DNA from: Eledone cirrhosa
Lineage: Eukaryota
DNA: 64,000 nt
Assembly: GCA_964016885.1 (NCBI GenBank)
Contig: OZ024753.1
Coordinates: 17,918,001 to 17,982,000, forward strand
Direction: 5' to 3'
Shown: positions 13,352-26,419 of the stretch, one piece after another
Position numbering within the stretch: position 1 is the stretch's first letter
How the letters are laid out: each line of letters starts with the position of its first letter
Program-made: the position numbers and the translations under genes
Notes under the pieces: generated by a model
What the model was told of the DNA's origin: nothing
The model's database searches: none
The model's input: the letters and a program-made list of their open reading frames with translations, nothing else

Positions 13352-13961
13352 TGTCAGGTCACCAGTTGGTGCTACTGGTAACATGTATTCCAGTACAACC
13401 TGTCTCATGGTCGCGTCGTTGGCGACTAAACTGGCAACCCCACCAAGGTTTCTTGGTGAGGAGGGTGACTTTGGACATCCTGGAGGACTAAAAACAAAAC
13501 CTGTCAAAGGGCAAAGGAGGTCTTAAGAGTCAATGGCCATCCGAAATCACCGGGAGAGATGACCCCTTAGCCTTTGTCAAGACAGAATTCTAGGAGAAGA
13601 ACAACTCTGATATAACACCTGCAACCCTGATGGTATCCAATGATGTTGACTTGTTCTTCTTTTTGGTGAATATCATCTTGGTTAAGAGAGTGGGACTGGC
13701 TTTGTGCAGTGCCTTTGCTCACTATAAAAGCTTCACGGCACTGGCATTGCTTTATATCTGGAGATCTCTCTGCACTTGTCGTCACATGGTACCATGGGCC
13801 CAGCACTATGTGTCAATAATTGTCACAAGTGTAGTGTTTGTACCAGAGTTTTCAAGTCGCTGGCTGGACTAAAAAGCCACATTCGTTCAGCGCATCGGTA
13901 GGGGTTCTCCTACATGGATATAAAGTAGTGGCCGTACTCAAAAACGAGTTGGCAGCCACCA
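13352..13961 (+). mobile_element. 610-bp solo-LTR-like element (TG...CA)
   Basis: Starts TGTCAGG, ends GCCACCA; near-identical reverse copy at 54115-54711 with the same ends; no TIR; microsatellite flanks. Confidence 0.6.
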
Positions 13962-14217
13962 TATGTGTGTGTATGTATCTATGGTTGTATGTATGGATGT
14001 ATGTATGTAACGATGGATGGATGGAGATATGTATTACGCATGTATATATGCATGTATGAAAATATGTATATATGTTTACCCTCCAAACGAGTATCCTCTA
14101 CCTCCATATAACTTACCCGCCGCCCCATGGTCTCGGCCGAAGAAATGGAGAATACTCAGCCCGAAGGACAGCGAAATTAAGAGAGAGAGAGAGATGAGAG
14201 AGAGACGCTGGAACATC

Positions 14218-14281
14218 CGGGTCTCGCACCTTCGGGTCTCGCACCTGCGGGTCTCGCACCTGCGGGTCTCGCACTTGCGGG
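14218..14281. repeat. 15-bp tandem repeat (cgggtctcgcacctg) x ~4
   Basis: Direct reading. Confidence 0.9.
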
Positions 14282-15691
14282 CATCCACCACCTCTCCGGT
14301 AGCCGTAAGTTAGTAGTATTGATATTTCAGATAACATATGGCTGATGTTCCGTTAACACGGTATTAGTGGTGTTGACAATATTTTCTCTCGACCCTCGGC
14401 ACTGTATTATATACACTTGTCGTTTCAGACGTCGTGTTTACTGCCTCGGTTATTGTTTCTGCTTGAATGGAATTCGTTGATATTGTTTCTGTAATGATAT
14501 TGTTTGTAATGATTATTCTGATACTTAGATTGTTATTTTCGCTACACACAACCCTTTCATCCGTTCGGTTCCTGTGTTAACCGCGGCTGATTATCGGGTG
14601 GAGTTGTTTCCATTCTTGAAGGAACTAGCCGAGAGTTTCACTAGCAATCCCCGACTTTCATCGCCTCCGCCGCCCTCTCGTTGGTCGGACAGAAAATGCC
14701 AGCGAAGATAATTATCTGAATTTCGTTTTTAATAAATTTATTTTTCTTCGTTGTTATGTACCTAACGGCCTGAAAATGGAACTAGTACTTCTTTTGAACC
14801 CCAAACCTAGATTCAAGCTGCGTAACCATCGTATCTGTTACGTGGATTAAAAGTGTTTGTTTTTTTAAGTTGGGTGCATAAATCACGATGTACTTCATGG
14901 AAAATGGTACTGGTGATTAGATATTGATTTCTTATAATGGTAGAAGATCTACTATACGGCAAGAATTATATGGTCAATTACATCTGCCTTGTACTCAGAT
15001 ATTACTTCAATCAATCAATCGATCCTGAACAGATGAAAGGAAAACACGAATATCGAATCATTTGATCTCACAGCTTAAAGCGACATCACTAAACCTATCC
15101 TAGCATTTTGCCCTCAGTCTAACGATTGTGCGTATTGATATATAACCACGATAATATATGATTTAAAGGAAATACGATAAATATTTCTAATAATTAAATT
15201 GAAAGTTTGTATTCGTAATCGTTGAGGTGTGAACGTGAGTGTTTTATCTCTGGAATATTAAAATGTGTTTTCAGTACATTCTAACATAATTAAGCATCTG
15301 TCTATTTCCAAATAACGAGTATAGTTTCAGATGAAGAATTTTCAGTAAAGAAATAAAACAAAATTATAAAATAAAATTATGAAACGAACTTATAAAACAC
15401 CACTGATCTAGAAATGATTGCAAACATTTCATTATTTTAAGTTTTATTGCATAACGTCTTGGTAAATGTTAACATCTAATTGATAGTTAAATAATTTATA
15501 TAGTGTTATCTATATCTCCCTTTAGTCATGATTACATAATCATTGCTGTGATATAATTTGTCAACAGGTGGAGAACATGCATTGCTGTGTTTTGTTATGG
15601 CGCTTTAAGTTCTGAATTAAAATTCCACACGAATCAACATCGAGATTCATTATAAAAGTTGATTTATTATTTATTATTTGTTTATTTCATT

Positions 15692-16094
15692 AGGATTGGC
15701 AGAATTGGTAGAACGTCAGACAGTATGCTTCGCAGCATAGTTGCGTCCCTTCATGTTCTAAGTTCAAATCCCGCCGAGGATAACTTTCGCTTCTATTCTT
15801 ACGGGATTGATAAAATAAAGTACCAGTTATGCGCTGGGGTCGATTTAATCGATTTGCCCCTACCCCCAACTTGCTGGTCTTGTGCTTAAAGTAGAAACCA
15901 TTATTTGTTGTGAATTGGCAGTATCAGTAGAGGGTTGGATGCCATGCTTTCTAGCATATTTACGCCCCTTTACGGTTTGAGTTCAAATCCCGTCGAGGTT
16001 AACTTTGCCTTTCATTCTTACGGCCTCGATAAAATAAAGTACCAGTAATGTACTGGGTAATTTCTGGGCTTCTTCCAAAAGTAGAAACAATTAT
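15692..16094 (+). mobile_element. Two tandem tRNA-derived SINEs
   Basis: Same consensus; 15692-15905 and 15914-16094. Confidence 0.85.
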
Positions 16095-16712
16095 TTGTTT
16101 ATTCTTTCATTCATTTATTTATTTATTTATTTCGATATTTCAATGTATGTTTCTACTTCATTAAAAGGTAAACTTCTCTGTTGAGGTTTGTGCAGCATCT
16201 GGTCTGTGTTTTGGGGTCGGGTTGTATTATAGACATGATTTAGTCCACTATAATACTTGTGCTTTGCTCAAGGGCATAGTTTGTAGTTTCTGGTGTTATT
16301 CTAGTGTTGCATAATCTCTGTGTTGTGTGAATTACGTTCTTTAGCAAGACTATGAATGTGTCTTGCATGTGCTTCTTAATCGGTGTCCAGCGCTGATCGT
16401 GTCACCTTTATCGTTTATGGTTTACGTAACATTAACTAATTGCAGAGATCAAGGCACTGTTTATGTGAACTATTAGCGTTGTAGTATCAGTCTAGTGTCA
16501 GTTATGTCGAGATATATTATATAAGTTTGTGTTAATCCTGTAGAGTATATTCTTATGTACGATGTGTTAGTTTATCTGATTCTTATATAGAGTGTCTAGT
16601 GTGTGGAGATTCCTCTGTTTCAATTGTCTTATTGAATCGATAAAATCTTGCGCAGTATCTACCTGGCAAATCTATAGATTGATCTGTGAGGAATCCTGTG
16701 ATCTATCGTAAA

Positions 16713-16981
16713 GAGCCGTAGCTCTATGCTGCAAAGCATGTTGTCCGACGCTCATCTGGTACTGCCAATCCATCACCCTATAGTATAGTTATAATTGTTT
16801 CTACGTTTGGCCCAAGGCCAGCAATTATCCCAGTGTATTACTGGTACTTTATTTTATCGACCCCGTAAGGATGAAAGGCAAAGTCAACCTCGGCGGGATT
16901 TGAACTCAGACCGTAAAGGGACGTAACTATGCTGGAAAGCATGGCGTCCGACCCTCTACTGATACTGCCAATCCACCGCCC
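16713..16981 (-). mobile_element. SINE (16793-16981) plus partial SINE (16713-16778)
   Basis: Consensus match; TSD tagtatagttataat. Confidence 0.9.
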
Positions 16982-18682
16982 TAGTATAGTTATAATGGCA
17001 ATGATTAAGCTGAGCTATCTTTGCAGTTTATGTATGAGACGTAAAATGATGATTTCAGCCGCGTAGCTTATATTGACATGACTGGTGACGAGGAGTATAA
17101 GAATAATTTACAAGAAAATTACAGAGACAAACTACGACACCACGAAAGAAACTGAACGCTTAAACGTTAGAATTTATAATTAATGAAAACTACAAACATA
17201 ACGTGTTTAAAATATTCATTTGGTAAACGATGAGCTCTTGTAAAAAAAGGCAGAGAAGAGAATCTCAGAATTTCAATCAATTAAAGGTAATTAAATCTAG
17301 AATCCTGTGGAGAGATAGTGGGATATTTAGCAGGTATCGCTGGTATTCGAGTTAAGGTTACTGAAAAATGATGGATTGTTATAAACAGCAGAATTTAAAT
17401 TAAGATTAATTTAAAAGTGGAATACTGTGGGGAGATATTCCCACATACATTCGTGTGCTCATAACTAAGTATCGATCATAGTAAAATTAACGATATTGGA
17501 TAATGAAGAATTGATGTATTAAACACGTGGGAATTATATCTTAATATATAAATGTAAATCTATGTTTGTTTCACGTTGTAAGTCTCAGCTTTTGTACATC
17601 ATTTGCTGACATTTTGCATTCGGTCGCATGTTTATAAGGCAACGTGAAAGGGTTAGGTGACGTCTCCGATAATTGATGTTTCTTAGACCTAGGAATAATT
17701 AAAACTAGGAATAATCCCTTAGACCAAGTATTGTTGTTGCCATTGGAAACATTTTCTGATTACAACAATAATTCATTTCAACAAATTATGCAAATTAGTA
17801 TATTAGTTGGAAACGACGCATGTTTTCCGGGTAAATAAAGAAATGATAGGTAGCTTTTAAAATTGATTTTCTCTGATTTTGTAGCTGAATTTGAGTCATC
17901 ATCTGATAAATTGACACTCTAAACAATCTAAAAATTGTCAGCATCATTCTAAAATGGTGTCTAAAATAGAGTGGATGCTTGCGATTTTATTTATGTAAAA
18001 ACAAATCTGTGCAAGGCCGGGTACGGCTTTTAGTTGTATTATATATCAGAATCCTAGAGGTATAAATATAATGCTTGATTTCTTTAGATCATTTAAATTT
18101 ATATTCTGAGATTGTTTGAATGAAGTAACATTGAAGTCATATTAAGAATTATAATTGTAAATACAGATATACATGCATATTCTAACATACTATTCATGAA
18201 CATACGATTGAGTCAAAGTCACAAAAATTGCATTTATAATGTCCTGAAACAAAGGAATCTCATAAATTTGAATTGTTAACCGACATTAAATATTGTTATG
18301 ACAAGAGACATATACATTTTGGGTGTATTCGAACTATAAATGTCATATTTTTTGACAATATTAGTTGAACGCCATAAACATAATACTAATGGTTATCATG
18401 GACTCCGCATACATTGTTAATCAAACAGAAAATGATATAGATTCCGGAAGAAAACATTGTATTTAGTAGGCATAAAGTTTCCATCCCCCAAATATATGTC
18501 GAATACCATTTTTCATACGCTTTTATTCACATATACGATTAAATGTTCTAGGAAAATTTTATAATCGAATGGATTGAGCTCCGTATAATAATGATTCTTA
18601 GGTAATTATTACCAAACGGATAATTCTGAAAATCTGAAATAAATCGAACTGAAAATCGAGATGAAAGAAGCTAGATACTGTA

Positions 18683-18719
<37 letters not shown>

Positions 18720-18724
18720 ATATA

Positions 18725-19142
18725 TATAAAATAAAATAAATAAGTAAAATGTTTACAATTTGGCTTCGTTTATTACTGCTTTATATATTTCGGTGACAGC
18801 CATCTTTGGCTGTGACCTCTTCAGGCAGTCCGAATTAGTGTGGTAGAGACGAGTACAGATGTTGTTGAGGTGTATAACTTTGTCAATACTCTGATATGCC
18901 CAGTTCCTGTGTACTCGTCTCTACCACACTAATTCGGACTGCCTGAAGAGGTCACAGTCAAAGATGGCTATCACCGAAATATATATTGCAGTAATAAACG
19001 AAGCCAATTTTTAAACATTTGACTTATTTATTTATTTTATTTTACATTACTCCGGAGTAACCAAACCAACCTGCGAACTTCGTCGAGTGCTCCAGCCTGC
19101 ATACTGAGGTGTTGGTATACAGCCAACATATACTCAAACTTT
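18725..19142 (+). mobile_element. Fold-back PLE-type mini-element, family C
   Basis: 18727-18857 is inverted at ~18910-19040, then a ~100-bp tail; both arms carry an HHR; TA flanks. Confidence 0.8.
18938..18992 (+). ncRNA. Type I hammerhead
   Basis: acugc-CUGAAGA(18943-18949)-ggu.c.acaguc/ggcuau.c.acc-GAAA(18976)-uauau-AUU-gcagu; mirror copy at ~18775-18830 on the minus strand. Confidence 0.8.
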
Positions 19143-19164
19143 ATATATATATATATATATATAT

Positions 19165-22100
19165 ATAGATAATTTAATATATCAACTAACATAAGCGCAC
19201 AGATGCACGCCCATGCCAGCAAATACACAGGTTATGTCATAGTACCTAGGTGGTTCAATGCAGGAGAATGCAGAACAATAATATAAAGGACGTAAAATAA
19301 GAAAATATTTTTTTAAAAAAATTTAAAAAAAAAATTTTTTTTCTTACTTAAATTTTCACTCCAACTAATTAGTTTCTGCAATGGGATAAAGACAGTTACG
19401 TAATCCAACTGTCGAGAATTCATTGCGTCATCAGGAAGTCTATTCTCAGTTAAGTCTCCAGGCAATGCGCGGACACTGGCGGCTCATATAAAAATAATAA
19501 TAATTCGGTAGATCGAACAGCTTGCGTGGACTGGATTCTATGTACCGAAATTCTCACTGCTTCAAGTCAAATGGCCGATTCTAAAGAATCAATCACGTGA
19601 CACAGAGGCTAGTTAGAAGGAATGGGATGGTAAGATGACTGACGCCTACTAACACCCCAAAAAAAAATTTTTTTAGAAGTGGTTTTGACAAGTTTGCTCG
19701 ACAAATCAGTGATTTGGAGATAAATATAGATAATTTAATATATCAACTAACATAAGCGCACAGATGCACGCCCATGCCAGCAAATACACAGGTTATGTCA
19801 TAGTACCTAGGTGGTTCAATGCAGGAGAATGCAGAACAATAATATAAAGGACGTAAAATAAGAAAATATTTTTTTAAAAAAATTTAAAAAAAAATTTTTT
19901 TTTCTTACTTAAATTTTCACTCCAACTAATTAGTTTCTGCAATGGGATAAAGACAGTTACGTAATCCAACTGTCGAGAATTCATTGCGTCATCAGGAAGT
20001 CTATTCTCAGTTAAGTCTCCAGGCAATGCGCGGACACTGGCGGCTCATATAAAAATAATAATAATTCGGTAGATCGAACAGCTTGCGTGGACTGGATTCT
20101 ATGTACCGAAATTCTCACTGCTTCAAGTCAAATGGCCGATTCTAAAGAATCAATCACGTGACACAGAGGCTAGTTAGAAGGAATGGGATGGTAAGATGAC
20201 TGACGCCTACTAACACCCCAAAAAAAAATTTTTTTAGAAGTGGTTTTGACAAGTTTGCTCGACAAATCAGTGATTTGGAGATAAATATAGATAATTTAAT
20301 ATATCAACTAACATAAGCGCACAGATGCACGCCCATGCCAGCAAATACACAGGTTATGTCATAGTACCTAGGTGGTTCAATGCAGGAGAATGCAGAACAA
20401 TAATATAAAGGACGTAAAATAAGAAAATATTTTTTTAAAAAAATTTAAAAAAAAAAATTTTTTTTTCTTACTTAAATTTTCACTCCAACTAATTAGTTTC
20501 TGCAATGGGATAAAGACAGTTACGTAATCCAACTGTCGAGAATTCATTGCGTCATCAGGAAGTCTATTCTCAGTTAAGTCTCCAGGCAATGCGCGGACAC
20601 TGGCGGCTCATATAAAAATAATAATAATTCGGTAGATCGAACAGCTTGCGTGGACTGGATTCTATGTACCGAAATTCTCACTGCTTCAAGTCAAATGGCC
20701 GATTCTAAAGAATCAATCACGTGACACAGAGGCTAGTTAGAAGGAATGGGATGGTAAGATGACTGACGCCTACTAACACCCCAAAAAAAAAAAAAATTTT
20801 TTTAGAAGTGGTTTTGACAAGTTTGCTCGACAAATCAGTGATTTGGAGATAAATATAGATAATTTAATATATCAACTAACATAAGCGCACAGATGCACGC
20901 CCATGCCAGCAAATACACAGGTTATGTCATAGTACCTAGGTGGTTCAATGCAGGAGAATGCAGAACAATAATATAAAGGACGTAAAATAAGAAAATATTT
21001 TTTTAAAAAAATTTAAAAAAAAATTTTTTTTTTCTTACTTAAATTTTCACTCCAACTAATTAGTTTCTGCAATGGGATAAAGACAGTTACGTAATCCAAC
21101 TGTCGAGAATTCATTGCGTCATCAGGAAGTCTATTCTCAGTTAAGTCTCCAGGCAATGCGCGGACACTGGCGGCTCATATAAAAATAATAATAATTCGGT
21201 AGATCGAACAGCTTGCGTGGACTGGATTCTATGTACCGAAATTCTCACTGCTTCAAGTCAAATGGCCGATTCTAAAGAATCAATCACGTGACACAGAGGC
21301 TAGTTAGAAGGAATGGGATGGTAAGATGACTGACGCCTACTAACACCCCAAAAAAAAAAAATTTTTTTAGAAGTGGTTTTGACAAGTTTGCTCGACAAAT
21401 CAGTGATTTGGAGATAAATATAGATAATTTAATATATCAACTAACATAAGCGCACAGATGCACGCCCATGCCAGCAAATACACAGGTTATGTCATAGTAC
21501 CTAGGTGGTTCAATGCAGGAGAATGCAGAACAATAATATAAAGGACGTAAAATAAGAAAATATTTTTTTAAAAAAATTTAAAAAAAAATTTTTTTTTCTT
21601 ACTTAAATTTTCACTCCAACTAATTAGTTTCTGCAATGGGATAAAGACAGTTACGTAATCCAACTGTCGAGAATTCATTGCGTCATCAGGAAGTCTATTC
21701 TCAGTTAAGTCTCCAGGCAATGCGCGGACACTGGCGGCTCATATAAAAATAATAATAATTCGGTAGATCGAACAGCTTGCGTGGACTGGATTCTATGTAC
21801 CGAAATTCTCACTGCTTCAAGTCAAATGGCCGATTCTAAAGAATCAATCACGTGACACAGAGGCTAGTTAGAAGGAATGGGATGGTAAGATGACTGACGC
21901 CTACTAACACCCCAAAAAAAAAAAAAATTTTTTTAGAAGTGGTTTTGACAAGTTTGCTCGACAAATCAGTGATTTGGAGATAAATATAGATAATTTAATA
22001 TATCAACTAACATAAGCGCACAGATGCACGCCCATGCCAGCAAATACACAGGTTATGTCATAGTACCTAGGTGGTTCAATGCAGGAGAATGCAGAACAAT

Positions 22101-24993
22101 AATATAAAGGACGTAAAATAAGAAAATATTTTTTTAAAAAAATTTAAAAAAAAATTTTTTTTTTCTTACTTAAATTTTCACTCCAACTAATTAGTTTCTG
22201 CAATGGGATAAAGACAGTTACGTAATCCAACTGTCGAGAATTCATTGCGTCATCAGGAAGTCTATTCTCAGTTAAGTCTCCAGGCAATGCGCGGACACTG
22301 GCGGCTCATATAAAAATAATAATAATTCGGTAGATCGAACAGCTTGCGTGGACTGGATTCTATGTACCGAAATTCTCACTGCTTCAAGTCAAATGGCCGA
22401 TTCTAAAGAATCAATCACGTGACACAGAGGCTAGTTAGAAGGAATGGGATGGTAAGATGACTGACGCCTACTAACACCCGAAAAAAAAAAAATTTTTTTA
22501 GAAGTGGTTTTGACAAGTTTGCTCGACAAATCAGTGATTTGGAGATAAATATAGATAATTTAATATATCAACTAACATAAGCGCACAGATGCACGCCCAT
22601 GCCAGCAAATACACAGGTTATGTCATAGTACCTAGGTGGTTCAATGCAGGAGAATGCAGAACAATAATATAAAGGACGTAAAATAAGAAAATATTTTTTT
22701 AAAAAAATTTAAAAAAAAATTTTTTTTTCTTACTTAAATTTTCACTCCAACTAATTAGTTTCTGCAATGGGATAAAGACAGTTACGTAATCCAACTGTCG
22801 AGAATTCATTGCGTCATCAGGAAGTCTATTCTCAGTTAAGTCTCCAGGCAATGCGCGGACACTGGCGGCTCATATAAAAATAATAATAATTCGGTAGATC
22901 GAACAGCTTGCGTGGACTGGATTCTATGTACCGAAATTCTCACTGCTTCAAGTCAAATGGCCGATTCTAAAGAATCAATCACGTGACACAGAGGCTAGTT
23001 AGAAGGAATGGGATGGTAAGATGACTGACGCCTACTAACACCCCAAAAAAAAAAAATTTTTTTAGAAGTGGTTTTGACAAGTTTGCTCGACAAATCAGTG
23101 ATTTGGAGATAAATATAGATAATTTAATATATCAACTAACATAAGCGCACAGATGCACGCCCATGCCAGCAAATACACAGGTTATGTCATAGTACCTAGG
23201 TGGTTCAATGCAGGAGAATGCAGAACAATAATATAAAGGACGTAAAATAAGAAAATATTTTTTTAAAAAAATTTAAAAAAAAATTTTTTTTTCTTACTTA
23301 AATTTTCACTCCAACTAATTAGTTTCTGCAATGGGATAAAGACAGTTACGTAATCCAACTGTCGAGAATTCATTGCGTCATCAGGAAGTCTATTCTCAGT
23401 TAAGTCTCCAGGCAATGCGCGGACACTGGCGGCTCATATAAAAATAATAATAATTCGGTAGATCGAACAGCTTGCGTGGACTGGATTCTATGTACCGAAA
23501 TTCTCACTGCTTCAAGTCAAATGGCCGATTCTAAAGAATCAATCACGTGACACAGAGGCTAGTTAGAAGGAATGGGATGGTAAGATGACTGACGCCTACT
23601 AACACCCCAAAAAAAAAAAAAATTTTTTTAGAAGTGGTTTTGACAAGTTTGCTCGACAAATCAGTGATTTGGAGATAAATATAGATAATTTAATATATCA
23701 ACTAACATAAGCGCACAGATGCACGCCCATGCCAGCAAATACACAGGTTATGTCATAGTACCTAGGTGGTTCAATGCAGGAGAATGCAGAACAATAATAT
23801 AAAGGACGTAAAATAAGAAAATATTTTTTTAAAAAAATTTAAAAAAAAATTTTTTTTTTCTTACTTAAATTTTCACTCCAACTAATTAGTTTCTGCAATG
23901 GGATAAAGACAGTTACGTAATCCAACTGTCGAGAATTCATTGCGTCATCAGGAAGTCTATTCTCAGTTAAGTCTCCAGGCAATGCGCGGACACTGGCGGC
24001 TCATATAAAAATAATAATAATTCGGTAGATCGAACAGCTTGCGTGGACTGGATTCTATGTACCGAAATTCTCACTGCTTCAAGTCAAATGGCCGATTCTA
24101 AAGAATCAATCACGTGACACAGAGGCTAGTTAGAAGGAATGGGATGGTAAGATGACTGACGCCTACTAACACCCGAAAAAAAAAAAATTTTTTTAGAAGT
24201 GGTTTTGACAAGTTTGCTCGACAAATCAGTGATTTGGAGATAAATATAGATAATTTAATATATCAACTAACATAAGCGCACAGATGCACGCCCATGCCAG
24301 CAAATACACAGGTTATGTCATAGTACCTAGGTGGTTCAATGCAGGAGAATGCAGAACAATAATATAAAGGACGTAAAATAAGAAAATATTTTTTTAAAAA
24401 AATTTAAAAAAAAATTTTTTTTTCTTACTTAAATTTTCACTCCAACTAATTAGTTTCTGCAATGGGATAAAGACAGTTACGTAATCCAACTGTCGAGAAT
24501 TCATTGCGTCATCAGGAAGTCTATTCTCAGTTAAGTCTCCAGGCAATGCGCGGACACTGGCGGCTCATATAAAAATAATAATAATTCGGTAGATCGAACA
24601 GCTTGCGTGGACTGGATTCTATGTACCGAAATTCTCACTGCTTCAAGTCAAATGGCCGATTCTAAAGAATCAATCACGTGACACAGAGGCTAGTTAGAAG
24701 GAATGGGATGGTAAGATGACTGACGCCTACTAACACCCCAAAAAAAAATTTTTTTAGAAGTGGTTTTGACAAGTTTGCTCGACAAATCAGTGATTTGGAG
24801 ATAAATATAGATAATTTAATATATCAACTAACATAAGCGCACAGATGCACGCCCATGCCAGCAAATACACAGGTTATGTCATAGTACCTAGGTGGTTCAA
24901 TGCAGGAGAATGCAGAACAATAATATAAAGGACGTAAAATAAGAAAATATTTTTTTAAAAAAATTTAAAAAAAAATTTTTTTTTCTTACTTAA
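19165..24993 (-). mobile_element. Tandem array of 10 full + 1 partial 561-568-bp hammerhead-containing monomers (retrozyme-like)
   Basis: Monomer starts near 19165, 19726, 20287, 20855, 21420, 21986, 22551, 23115, 23681, 24246, 24807; copies differ almost only in homopolymer length; each full copy has tcatcag and aactaattagtttc. Confidence 0.9.
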
Positions 24994-26261
24994 TGACGCA
25001 ATGAATTCTCGACAGTTGGATTACGTAACTGTCTTTATCCCATTGCAGAAACTAATTAGTTGGAGTGAAAATTTAAGTAAGAAAAAAAAATTTTTTTTTA
25101 AATTTTTTTAAAAAAATATTTTCTTATTTTACGTCCTTTATATTATTGTTCTGCATTCTCCTGCATTGAACCACCTAGGTACTATGACATAACCTGTGTA
25201 TTTGCTGGCATGGGCGTGCATCTGTGCGCTTATGTTAGTTGATATATTAAATTATCTATATTTATCTCCAAATCACTGATTTGTCGAGCAAACTTGTCAA
25301 AACCACTTCTAAAAAAATTTTTTTTTGGGGTGTTAGTAGGCGTCAGTCATCTTACCATCCCATTCCTTCTAACTAGCCTCTGTGTCACGTGATTGATTCT
25401 TTAGAATCGGCCATTTGACTTGAAGCAGTGAGAATTTCGGTACATAGAATCCAGTCCACGCAAGCTGTTCGATCTACCGAATTATTATTATTTTTATATG
25501 AGCCGCCAGTGTCCGCGCATTGCCTGGAGACTTAACTGAGAATAGACTTCCTGATGACGCAATGAATTCTCGACAGTTGGATTACGTAACTGTCTTTATC
25601 CCATTGCAGAAACTAATTAGTTGGAGTGAAAATTTAAGTAAGAAAAAAAAATTTTTTTTTAAATTTTTTTAAAAAAATATTTTCTTATTTTACGTCCTTT
25701 ATATTATTGTTCTGCATTCTCCTGCATTGAACCACCTAGGTACTATGACATAACCTGTGTATTTGCTGGCATGGGCGTGCATCTGTGCGCTTATGTTAGT
25801 TGATATATTAAATTATCTATATTTATCTCCAAATCACTGATTTGTCGAGCAAACTTGTCAAAACCACTTCTAAAAAAATTTTTTTTTTTTTGGGGTGTTA
25901 GTAGGCGTCAGTCATCTTACCATCCCATTCCTTCTAACTAGCCTCTGTGTCACGTGATTGATTCTTTAGAATCGGCCATTTGACTTGAAGCAGTGAGAAT
26001 TTCGGTACATAGAATCCAGTCCACGCAAGCTGTTCGATCTACCGAATTATTATTATTTTTATATGAGCCGCCAGTGTCCGCGCATTGCCTGGAGACTTAA
26101 CTGAGAATAGACTTCCTGATGACGCAATGAATTCTCGACAGTTGGATTACGTAACTGTCTTTATCCCATTGCAGAAACTAATTAGTTGGAGTGAAAATTT
26201 AAGTAAGAAAAAAAAATTTTTTTTTTAATTTTTTTAAAAAAATATTTTCTTATTTTACGTC

Positions 26262-26268
<7 letters not shown>
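24993..26268 (+). mobile_element. Inverted segment of the same array (~2.3 monomers)
   Basis: Exact reverse complement of the monomer; ends cgtcctttata into (TA)n. Confidence 0.9.
25546..25627 (+). ncRNA. Type I hammerhead, representative of all array monomers (second + copy from 26111)
   Basis: acuuc-CUGAUGA(25551-25557)-c-gcaaug..gacaguu/aacuguc..cauugc-a-GAAA(25609)-C-UAAUUA-GUU(25620-25622)-ggagu. Confidence 0.85.
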
Positions 26269-26300
<32 letters not shown>

Positions 26301-26419
26301 AAGTAATTCAGTCGGAAAGGTCCAGAAAAAAATAGTTCTTTATGTAAATTACAGAGCTTATTAGTTATGTAATAAACAACATAAGACCATTTTATACATA
26401 TATATAAATTATATATATA

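Noticed and set aside
13567-13872. ORFs of 70-108 aa in the solo-LTR-like element and its copies
   Set aside because: Short, present on both strands, no recognisable domain
19165-26268. Array as CRISPR, plain satellite or assembly fold-back artefact
   Set aside because: No unique spacers; an HHR in each unit and termini shared with an independent diverged insertion argue for a real mobile unit, although exact copy number needs read support
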